This document shows, piece after piece, positions 53,401 to 64,000 of a stretch of 64,000 nucleotides of DNA (its first letter is position 1; every line of letters starts with the position of its first letter). The position numbers were made by a program, and so were the translations under genes. Origin of the DNA: Trichosphaerium sp. ATCC 40318 (lineage: Eukaryota; Protista; Tubulinea). Under the pieces are notes generated by a model, which worked only from the letters and a program-made list of their open reading frames with translations, ran no database searches and was not told where the DNA came from. The stretch spans positions 96,754 to 160,753 of the forward strand of contig JALMLS010000072.1 of NCBI GenBank assembly GCA_038496445.1, in the 5' to 3' direction.

Positions 53401-53764
53401 GAAATATTATGAAAAAAAAAAAACTACACGTGCAGCAACAGCCTCAAACCTCTAACTCCGAACAAAAAGTCAAAAACGTACCAATAAACTTGAAAATAAT
53501 TTCGACTCTATAAGTCTCGTTGTTTATTAGAAACCCTCCGCGTTTATTTACCTAGTTACACGTTAATTAAAGCCGAAAACAGTCTTTGATTATTAACGTT
53601 TTTCGGAGTACCTCCTCCAGCCACATTTCTTGCCCACGACGAGAGTCAATTGAATCTTGTGTAAACGGTGAGTCTAGGTAAATGCTCCCAATCCTGAAGA
53701 CTCGATCGGTTGAACCCTTTATAGCTGATAGAGCTAATATAAAACATATAACAGAGAGGTTCAT
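50458..53764 (-). CDS. Class C (GABA-B-like, Grl-type) GPCR with periplasmic-binding-type ectodomain
   Basis: Signal peptide; RRGQEMWLEE|VNKRGG ectodomain; 7TM motifs VIRASQPLFVVLML, TYGALFARVYRIGQIF, LYNETK, LLIPKM; coiled-coil tail. Confidence 0.9.
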
Positions 53765-54243
53765 AGGCGCAGTATGTGAAGCCTATAAAGGAAATTTCAG
53801 GTCTTTGGATATTTAAGTTACTTTCTAAAAAATCACAATTAAGCCTGACTGGGATATAAACTACGATTCTCATGTAAGGATGGATAGTTGAGCAGGAGGT
53901 AACATTATTTATATTTTGGGATATTGAGAGCAAGCAATGATAAATTAGGCTTCTTGTTAGGGGCCTATGATAACACAAAAGGATCAATGATCAACATTGC
54001 AGTGAATGGTTACAAATTTGAGAGTACGTTTGTTCCAACTTTCCTGACGTTCTAGACCTTTTAGAATTGTGAATATCCAGCTCCTCTAATAAGGTAAAAA
54101 AGTTGCTTAGTGTAGTACAAAAAGGTTATGATTAACAACAAAAAAAGTATGTGGTGATCGCGTCTCGTTGCCTTTAAATAGAAGTTACACTCAAGTTTTA
54201 TTTTAAACCATGGAGTGCAACAATACTAAACGAAGAAAACACG

Positions 54244-54319
54244 CTGCAGGTGGGTGCTCTACCACTGAGCTACGGCGAGAAAACTCTACCGGGAGGATTT
54301 GAACCTCCGACCTCCAAAT
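54244..54319 (-). other. tRNA 3' half followed by tRNA 5' half (GCA anticodon): permuted tRNA-like element or tRNA pseudogene fragments
   Basis: Minus strand: ATTTGG AGGTC GGAGG TTCAAAT CCTCC CGGTAGAG tttt CTCGCCG TA GCTC AGTGGTA GAGC A CCCAC CT GCA G. Perfect T-arm (B box) and D-arm (A box), in reversed order. Confidence 0.65.
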
Positions 54320-54930
54320 CATAAAGACCCGATGACATTCTTGCACCACGTCAAAGTAAGTCTTTGACTCAATAGTTATACATCTCATTCATCAAAACAA
54401 ATTTATTGTGGCTTGGACAGTAGTTTCGCTTGTTGTTACAATACTATGTGAGAATTTTCTGTAGTTTATGTGCACGATAATTCGCGAAGTAAAACAGTGC
54501 GTGTTTGCCAAGTGAGAGCAACTAAGCATGATTGCATATATTGCTAACCAAAAGGGTTTTCTGACATTTTTCTTTACATTTCTTATTGCCACGTGTTATG
54601 TGAAGCTCATGGGAAGAAAGGCGGATATCTTGGCAACTATGCAAATAGAAGTCAGTGATCGTACCTTAAAGCAGGACATATTTCTGAGATATCCTGTACT
54701 AGTTCAAACGCAACATGTTCCTTCTTATCGAGCTAACCCAACCGCCATTTACAAAGGTTCTCCATGTGGATATGAGGCGACATCAGAATTTTGACGACTT
54801 TTCCGAAGGCTGAAAAGAATTAAAGTCCACAACTTTGTACAGTACAGCGTTTTTTTATTTTTGACAAAGGTTGAAATCTGAGTTTTTTCTGTTTTTCCAT
54901 GACGAGTCTCTAGCGTTTTGAGTCACGACT

Positions 54931-57323
54931 TTACAAATCATCAGGATCTAGGTAACCCATTGTTGGATCATCTTCTTCTTCTTTGTGTGTGAAAATAGCT
55001 TGATACTTTGATCCAGGACAAGGTACTTTCAAACCAAGATCCTTTGAGAAATTCTTTATAACACTCTGAAGTGAACTGCATTTTGCTTTTCCGATTTGGT
55101 ACTTTCCTCCTGGAGAGTGCTGTACACGGAAGTGGTTAACTTTCACCTCTTTTTTCTTACCACTCTTTGCTTTTGCAGATATTGCATAAGAACCTGGGTC
55201 ACGTGAACTAAACCTGACCAAATACGTTCCTGAAAAAAATTTGTGAATACCCAAGAATAAAATAAGAAAATCATTGCTTACCTGTTCTAGAAGCTCCTTT
55301 TAAAAGTTTTTCTGTTTGACCAGATGAAATATCTCCGTGAAACCACTCTTCTGATAAAACACTACGAACCTAACAGCACACGGTCAATAAACATATAAAG
55401 AATGAAAGTTTGATTTTTTTTAACGGTTTTTTTAACCTTGCTCCTCCACGTACAGTGTCTAGTGTTTCTTTACCATTAAGAGGTCCAAACCATTGTAGGA
55501 ATCTATAAAAACTATCCATGGTAACTTCATCATCCTTGGCTACCAGGAATTAATGTTACAAGCATCAAAAAAAAAAAAAGCATTTCTTTGCTTCAATAAA
55601 AAAGCAGTACCTAACAACATCTCTAAGCAAGCCGTCATCTCCTCATTCACCAGCTCTTTACCCAGAAATTTTGTAAATTTTGCAATAAATTCATCCCACG
55701 TGACCTCTGTCTAAACGAAACGACGCATAAGTAAAACTCAAGAAAACTTTTTGGATTTGTTTATAAAACTGTTCTTGCTTTACCTCTTCTTTGAAGTATT
55801 TCTTCCAAAACCTGATACCACGTTTATCTTTCAATGTCCCTTCAATCACAATACTCTCAAAATCATCCAGAATCTAATTTAAAACCATTTTAGCACGTGT
55901 AGAACCAATAAAATTCGAAGAAATTAACTGTTAAATAAAAAAAATTTCGTAACGTACGTCTTGGAATGATGGCCTGTTCTCTGGGTTAGCATCCCAGCCT
56001 ATAACAATTCAGTTAGTAGATGAACCTGCACAAAAAGCCAAAAGGGTTTTAAGCTTTTTTTAAACGTACAAGCTTCCAATATCTTTTTGAGTGTTGGTGG
56101 GCAGTTAGCAGGTATAACAGGGCGCTTATGCTCTTGACATACAGCCTGCACCATAGAAGAGTATGTTTCGATTTCAGGGAACGGATCAGAACCAGTTAAA
56201 ATCTCCCATAAGACCATACCGTAACTGTATAAATCGCACTTTTCATTATACCTAAAAACAAAAAATGTTAATTACCAATACTTTACTCACAGCAATCAAA
56301 ACGTACGATTCATTCTGTAGGACCTCAGGTGCGATCCATAATGGTGTACCAACGGTTCCATACGCTGCAGGATCATCTCCTTGAGCTTTAACATGACTTA
56401 GACCGAAATCAGCCTAAAATTCTATTACAACTGTTCACTGCCAATCACAAGCAAAAAAAAAAACACAAATTGTTCTGCTTTATCATAAATAATTTATCTT
56501 CAACGTACAACTTTAACACGGCCATCTTCATCCACCAATAAATTAGGTGTCTTCAAATCCCTAGAAGAAAACACGTGAACAACAGCAAACGTTTGACAGC
56601 AAAAAAAAAAAACAATTTGTTTTTTTATGTTAATTATTCAGATAAATCCTTCTGCGCAGCACAAACAAAGCGGTTTTTGATGATCGTGAGCTCAAAAAAA
56701 AAAGGTGAATTGTGATCAACCTACCTGTGAATGGTGACAGGGTCTGTGTTATGTAAGCAGTTCATTCCCTGTGCTGCCTGTCTAGCCATGTCCATACGTT
56801 GAGCAAACGTTAACTTTTTTTTTTCCCTTTTAAGTACTTTGCGAACAGAGCCCTGATAGTTTTAAACGCGTCAGGAATAATATTTTACCAGATAGCCGTA
56901 AAGTGAAAGAAAAAAAAAACTGCAAAAACGTTTATCGGTCAGAAACGACGCTAAATTTTAGTTGAAGTTGGTAAAAACGCCATGAGATGGTTTATATCTA
57001 CCTTACGCATGAGTTCTGTGACTATCATTAAATCCCCTACTTCAGTACAAGCCCCCATAAATAATAATACGTTGGGGTGTTTTAGATTACTACGTAATAT
57101 CGTTAGTCCCGTTTAGAGCATTTTTAATAATGACATGCCTGAAAAGCGCTATTTCTTTTCTGAATGCATCTAATGTGTTCTGATTTGGATCCTGTATTAT
57201 TAGGCGCTTAACAGCGACGTCCTTGCCGTGAAGTGTACCCTCAAACACCTCACCAAATGTACCAACACCTAGTTTTTTACCCATTGTGATGTCACTCTTG
57301 CCTATTTCGAATCTTGAAGCCAT
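54931..57323 (-). CDS. TKL protein kinase with C-terminal SH2 domain (Shk-like)
   Basis: LGVGTFGEV, VAVK, KHPNV, IHR|DLKTPNLL, ADFGLS, GTPLWIAPE, EEWFHGDIS, GTYLVRFSSRDPGSYAIS. Confidence 0.93.
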
Positions 57324-57909
57324 TAGAAGCAATTAGCGGTGATCGTGTACTTTTGTAGTTGTTTCTCGAATTCAGCCCTCTCCTCTGACGTAGCTTCTCT
57401 CTCTTGCACCCCGCCTTTTGCTATACTAGAAACACTCGCTGAACCGCGAATATTAACCTACAATTGAATTAGACATACAAATACGCTTAGGAGTATCATC
57501 GTGCCTTTTTTTTTCTAGAATGAGGGCCGGAAGCTGCCATTTGAAGTTATGTATGTTCACAACTTTAATAAACGTAGATACAGAGGTGGTTCAAACAAGG
57601 TAGATTAATGACACGCAAAAAGAGAGATGCTGTGACAATAAATTTAACGCCTGAAAAAAGTGGAATGGACAGTTTTTTGTTTTGTACTGCCGCGTTTTTT
57701 CTTCAAAAAAAACCTGAGAATTCGCGTGACCGGCGGTTATTTATTACGCTGATTGAAGATATTCTTTGAGAGCGTAGACCCCTATGGATAGTTATATGTA
57801 CTATATCTTGCTCTAGAAACATAAGGTTTTTACTTGTTACACTTTGTACAGCCCATTAAAAAAAAAAGAGTTTTGATGAAATTTTTTTTTCGAGTTTTTT
57901 TTTTTCTTT

Positions 57910-60900
57910 TTAGGTAGTTTGGTATTGTTTGTTGGTTGGTGTGGTACATGAATCTATATCCTTGTCCTTATTACCAATAGTAAACGTAACAGACCTATCA
58001 GGTCTGCTTGTTACTTGTCCTGGAGCACTCCATAATGACCCAGACGTTGGTCTAGAAACTCTTGGAGAAACGTCAAAAATGCCTATCCGTCTGTCGCTCA
58101 ACTCGCCCGGTTTTGCCGCCTATACATGTCATTAGAGTCTCCAATTGTATAATCAACAGTACCTGTACGGATATGCTAACAGCAGGAGCATTAAAGTCCC
58201 TATTGTCGCATTTAAGCATCGTCTGTTTAAGTCGTCTTCTGGGTGTTCTCCAGCTGAAAGTGATTGCTCCGTTGTGTGTAAAATCAGCGTCTTGGAGATG
58301 CTCATCTGATCGAAGAAGGTAGGCTACTTGTGTACATATTACAGCACTAGGTTTCCCGTTTGTGTTATTAGTACGGTTTCGAGAAGCAGGAAGTGTTGTT
58401 GCTATTAATTGCTTTGTTCCTGGTGCGATTTTAGTTGGTGGCGCTTGTGTCCACGTCTCGCCTTCGCTTCCAGTTGTAAGCTTTAATCTGTGTAGGTAAC
58501 ACTTTGTAGTATTATTAATCTCAATGACAGCAGTGCGTCGCTTCGCCTAAGAACATTAAGAGACCGTAAAATACATATTACTGAAAAGACAAAAAAAAAA
58601 CGTACCAACAGACGTTGTTTAGTCTCTTCGTACGTCTCCTCTACTACTTCTTCTGGTTCTTCCATGGATATATTATTAATCAAATCAGCCTCTAGATCGC
58701 CCATAATTTTGATTAAGTGCTTCAAGCCGTGAATGTACTCTGTATCTATACAAGGAGGATCCACTCGCCAAGTGTGAGCTAAATATCGAGGAAAAAAAAA
58801 TTAGTCCGCTTCGCTTTTGTGTCGTTTTACGGTCACGTGACCACGTGGTAAGCGTAAATTAAGTATGATTTAATTTAAAAAATTACTTACCAAAATCTAC
58901 AATCTTGACTAAAACATTCCCAGGTACATCAACACCACTAGACGCATCATAGATAAATAGAATAGAGCTTCCAATAAAAGAAAAATCAGTTTGTTTTTGA
59001 AACCACTTTAAAATCTGCTTTACTGGTCCAATCATTGCTTGTAATGTCTTTATCCTTGCTTTACCACCAGGCGTATTTGTGACATACTGTAAAAATGCTG
59101 GTTTGATCTGTACAGGTTTGAGAGAAACACCCCAAGGCTTATCTCTCTTTATATAGTCTTTTATATCCGTTTGCCAAACTTTCATACCACAAATACGGAA
59201 TCCAAGGCTAGACGATGTACTGTATGAATCAACAGCATTCAAATACCCCTTCTTTATAAAACCAGCTGTATGATCAGCTGATCTCCTTCCCACTATAAAA
59301 AAAAAATTAAAAATGTCACGTGAGCGCAGAACAATAGTTTTCTTTTAGATTTCCTTCTTTTTTTTTTCGACAATAAAAACTTTGCCTCCTGGAATGAATT
59401 CGTTACTTACTCTTTATATCCATTATACATGGCTTGTCGTAACCATAAGTAAGATCTTCCATTATAATATACTGTAAGGAACCGGCTTGAGGGTCATTTA
59501 TAACAGTACGACCATCAAACTTTGGAAAAAAACTTGGCGTATCATTAGGCATATTTCTTAAACCTTCATAGAACGTCCACTCCCTACAAGCTGTTAAAAT
59601 CCGCTGCCGATAGGCACAAAAAGAAACAGAAACACACTACAAAAAAACACAAACGAATCATAACTACACCTCAAGCATGGAAATAGAAAAGAAAAGCTTC
59701 TATTGTTTAGAAAAAATTGGTTTCAGGTTTTTTGGCGCCCTTCGGATCGTTTCGGGTCACGTGCCTTTTTGACCATGGTTTAAGAATCTTATCACCCATT
59801 TTAAGTATCCCTCCTATTTTTCCATTACCTTTATGCCCTGCAACCTGGTTTTGAAACTGTTGAATATTATCTTGAACAAGAACAGGCATAGGATCTGCGC
59901 AACGCATAAGTGCACGGAGTATTCCCATTTCAAACACCCGTTGCATCCTTGGATCAGAAAGACCCGCTTTAATAAATTCCTAAAGTAGTTTTAGATGTAA
60001 AAGAACAGAGTAAACAATAACAAGTATGAAAAGGGATCAAGTTTTTTGCTCAAACAAAGATTTTTCTTCTTTTTTTTTTTCGGTATTAATTTACCTCTAA
60101 ACCAACTTTATCGAGTTCCTTATTATGCCCAACTTTATCTACAATACCATCTCCAGCAGAAGAAAAATTAACAGCTATAGAACGTGATCTTTGGTTTGGT
60201 TTGTTTCCTTGAGGTTCGATACTTGGAGGGTTGTGATTAAGTCTGTATATCAGTTCAAAAACCTCGTGACGGTGTAAAAAACCCTTATCAGAGCGATCCA
60301 TCATTTTGAAGGTAAATGTCAATTTTTCCTCAGGTGTCCCTTTTGAAAAGGTAGCATAGCCTTTAATATAATCCTTATACGTAAGCATATCATCCTGGGT
60401 ATGTAAAAATGCAAAAAACCTAAATGACAAAACATAAGAACACCAACAAGACAACAAACACAAAAAAAAAAAAAGAAAAAAATCAAAAAAAAAGACTTGA
60501 AAGGAAAAAACGCACATGTTCTCCCAAAAACGCTTAGATGCACCATTTAGTCTCAAATTCTCTTCTACAAACTCAGCACCACTTATCGTCCCTTAAAAAA
60601 ACCGGTTAAACAAAGAAAGACTAGTAGTCTAGTCATTTTGTGATACACTAAATAGTGAGCACGTGCGGTAAAGTTTATGTCTTTTGTGACTTTTTTACTT
60701 TATGAGTGTTTATGGGAACGCAAAAAATGACTTGTTTTATTCAAACAATAGGCAGTTTTAACAGCTAAAAGAAGTTTTAATTTTTTTACAGTACCTGTAG
60801 GGTATTTTGCCATAAAAGTAGCATGATGCCTACTGAGCTGTTCTGTTGTAACTAATAATATGTTTTAGAGCACTATTTGATGGTCATATTTAAAATTAAA

Positions 60901-61141
60901 CAGATTTTGCGTTAATTGTTTAACACATTAATATAAAACCTTAATTATAACAGCATAACCGCGTATAATACATATCGGACGTACAATGTCCATAAGTTAG
61001 TTCTCTTAGCTCTTCTAATTCGCTAGATGATAAATGTGAGCTTGTATTAGAGCTAGCCTGCCCCATCTGCCATTTACGTCTAATTAGATGTCGTAATTGA
61101 CCCATGGAGAATTTTCGCTTCAGTTTGGGTTGATTGCTCAT
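57910..61141 (-). CDS. EF-hand (NCS-1/calcineurin B-like) + inositol polyphosphate kinase + aegerolysin-like domain
   Basis: MGQASS..LSSSELEEL; KGTPEEKLTFTFKMMDRSDKGFL. IPK: QVAGH, MEDLTYGYDKPCIMDIK, SSSLGFRICGM, SSILFIYD, IVDF. The start may be the ATG at 61066 (MGQ). Confidence 0.88.
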
Positions 61142-61438
61142 TTATTACCTTACAAGCTGCACTAAACTAACCCAACACAAAAAATGTGAACACGTTGTAC
61201 GCCTGTCAGCGCGGGGTTTTTTTTTGGTTGCTTAACGTGGCTTTGACCACATTTTTTACTGCTGTCGAACTGAGACGCACCAAGTGCTAACATTCTAAGC
61301 TTCAGAATATCATAAGGGTTTTCATGAAATATTTCTTCTTTTACATGTTACTGCGCAGTTTCATGGGCGTTTACGCTAAATAAACGTTGGTGTCTACCCT
61401 TCTAAACGGTTTATTTACAATTAACTTTTTTTTTTGTT

Positions 61439-62759
61439 TCACGCAAAGAGATCAATGATCTTTGTCTTCTTCCTTTTCTGAGGAGCAAACATTTCACGTT
61501 TTATAGGCTTAAACTCTCCAACATCCTCCTCTCTTACAAGAAGGCCTTCACCAAAGTATCCTCCATCAAACCAACCGATCATAGACCTAGAAAAAACACA
61601 TCAGTACCAGACAATAATAGTAAAAAAAAAAGAAAAAAAAAAGAAAAAAAAATTGATGAAAAGACAAGCTTACACAGTATCAAATGGTCCATGAAGATCA
61701 TCCTTTCCTTCCCATTTATACTCCCACCTACGTTTATCCTCTTCTAAAGGTATCTCATCATCTCTTTTAACCTTTGAAGCGAGCTTCTCCTTTACATCAG
61801 CGTAGATATCTTACACCCAGTCAAGGAGAAAAAAAAAGAATAATCGATAAAATGCCTTGAAGGATACCAGGAAAACCCGACTGAATCAAGAGGTCTGCAG
61901 CCTCTATGAGCGTATCAAAACTACTAGTTCCTTTATCTGAAGAAGAAGTATCCTTTAATCTTCTTATAGCCATGAGAACATTCTCTCTAGGCTGTAAGAT
62001 ATCCAACACTGTAATCATTGCTTTATCAATCTCATTCTTTGTTTTTCTTCTTTCTTGCAACTCCTTTAAAAATGTATCTTCCTCCATCTCGTCATTGTCT
62101 CCATCATCTTCCTACAATTTATAACAGTTAGACGGCTGTACCGTTGTCTTTAAGAGTTTTTATTTTTGTACCTCCTCGTCATCACTATCGCCGCGTTGTT
62201 CCTTTGTCAGAGAGGCTAGCCACGGATCTTCGTCTTCTTTTTTGTTCCTGCCAAATACAAAAAATCCGTTATCATCAAAATTACCTGCAAACGGGTGTCA
62301 GACACTGCTGAATTGATAATTTTGATAACAGACGCGTGAATTACAGTTGCTTGTGCTGAATAAAAAAAATAACGTACCTTCCTTCAAATCTCCATCGTCA
62401 ATCTCTAGGTTGCGTTAGAATAATGTTTTACGGCTTATTGGGCGTACTGAAGCTTTCAACTTTTTCTTGTTTATCATCAAACCTACATAACTGTTACTTG
62501 CGCTCACTTGATGGATATAGAGCGTAAAACATACCTTTTGGGAGCAGGAGCGTCTGATACTACCAATTTAGAGTTTTTACGCCGTTTTAGCGCTGGTAAG
62601 TCGAAATCATCAAGAGCCGCTTCTCTTCGTCGTTTTTTTTTTGCGAATGAGTTCTGGTACACCCTTCGCCTTTACTTTATCGTAAACGTCTCCTAATGCT
62701 TCACTAGGATCATAATCCTTTTCTTCATCATCTAAATCAAATGTCACTTGCTTTGCCAT
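61439..62759 (-). CDS. CD2BP2: CD2BP2/Lin1 (U5 52K) GYF-domain protein
   Basis: GNFDDNGFFVF, DPWL, LQPRENVLMAIRRL, LIEAADLL, WEYKW..LHGPF..MIGWFDGGYF. Confidence 0.88.
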
Positions 62760-63374
62760 CTCTTGGGTGCCAGTGGACTTACGACTTAAATTCCAACTAG
62801 GTTAAGTTGTAAAGTGAGTTGCATTTGTCTCACTAGTGGTACAATAATTGTCTTCTCCTGGGAAAGAACCGTGTTTCTAGCGAGCCCTTTAAATTTGTGG
62901 TGTACGCGAGGTATCGTTTGACACAGTACTCTTCTCAAAAGTAGCGTCGAGTCTAGAGCTTGTTTACGCGAGTGATCTACAGCACCCACTGCTGCTATCT
63001 GATGCTGATTGGTAGTAGGTTTGTTAGTATAAGTCATCTGCATCTTCAGCTTGTTGGTTTTTGGTCAGCGCATCTTTTGTGAATTGTGCCTTCAAAGACG
63101 AAGTTTTGAAGTGTTCAATTACTTTTCTTTCCTGACTGCATCAATTTTATGGTTGCAAGTGTCGGTCGGCAGTTGGCACTAGGACAAGTTGATTTTAAAA
63201 CAAACCATACTCAATTTATTGTTTGGCCTTCTTTTCCTTCAGCTCACGATGCACATGAAAAACGTGATGTAGTGAAAAATATTGCTAATCAAGACTGAAA
63301 TGTTTATTGATTGGCTGGTGACTACACTTTACTACTAGTAGCATGATGCAATGGGTTTACTATTGTAAGCTAGC

Positions 63375-63602
63375 TTATCTTAAAAGTTCCCAGAGGGGAG
63401 TTTGGTTTTCTCGATAGCTGCAGGGGCATTTGAAATATATTGCATCGTTCCTAGCTACATACATGGTTGCTCCTCGTTTATTGTTGCAGCTGTGGCAAGC
63501 ATTAACTAGAGCAAAGTTTCCGTGTTCGTCGTGCATATGGGCTCGAAGTGTCGCCATGTTAGGGCAGCGTTCCAGCCACCAAAAATATTTCTGCACCAAC
63601 AA
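63375..63602 (-). pseudogene. Small Cys/His (HNH/beta-beta-alpha-like) zinc-finger ORF fragment
   Basis: RCPNMATLRAHMHDEHGNFALVNACHSCN pattern; upstream frames contain stops and shifts. Confidence 0.35.
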
Positions 63603-64000
63603 CGACAGATTGGATTATAATGTGCTTGTAATGATGACATTTACTGGTGTTCTCAGTGTGTTTCATTTTTATCAAGTCATAATTATTATATCAGGAGCAT
63701 ATCCTTGGAAAACGTGACACAGCTGGGGCAGTGGGTTGGTGTTACATCACGCACCTCAAACGTGTTGAGGAATTTTCGCGTTCGAAAATCAGGTTATTCA
63801 TGGCAAAGCTGTTGAGGGCATCAAGCCTGTTGAGGGATTACAGCGGTCGCGGATAAGGCCATTGATGACAAGCGCGTTGAGATTATTGTAGTTGTGGCAA
63901 AATTGATTGGACAGCATGGAATTCATCATCATAATGTTGGACATATATTGTTGGTGCGCTAAACGCCGCTGTGCTTCATTGACCGTTCCTGTTCGTATGC

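Overview
AT-rich (~35% GC), gene-dense, intron-rich eukaryotic nuclear DNA using the standard code, with many 40-60 nt GT-AG introns (common donor GTACGT) and several GC-AG introns. The gene set (SH2-containing TKL kinase, class C GPCR, tandem-CH/coiled-coil actin binder, DH-PH RhoGEF) suggests a free-living amoebozoan; this is inference. About 24 spliced genes were rebuilt by eye: Rad21/Rec8 kleisin, class I DAHP synthase, NAC-beta, SAM-RBR E3 ligase, NAGLU, RCC1-SAM (one frameshift), RhoGEF, CBS/AMPK-gamma-like, GST, lumazine synthase, ankyrin-JmjC, SAM-globin-PH, secreted catalase-like, CH-coiled coil, Arf, secreted beta-helix TM protein, GPCR-C, Shk-like kinase, EF-hand-IPK and CD2BP2, plus pseudogene fragments. 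Main observations: (1) three dispersed F-box-like + MORN-variant paralogues with intron-free cores and a decayed 'GVHTI' LRR gene, resembling amoeba giant-virus families; (2) a SAM-globin-PH fusion with intact haem residues; (3) tRNA halves in permuted order with Cys identity elements; (4) an EF-hand-IPK-aegerolysin-like fusion; (5) about 10-fold excess of CACGTG. Exon boundaries and domain calls come from manual reading, not database searches.
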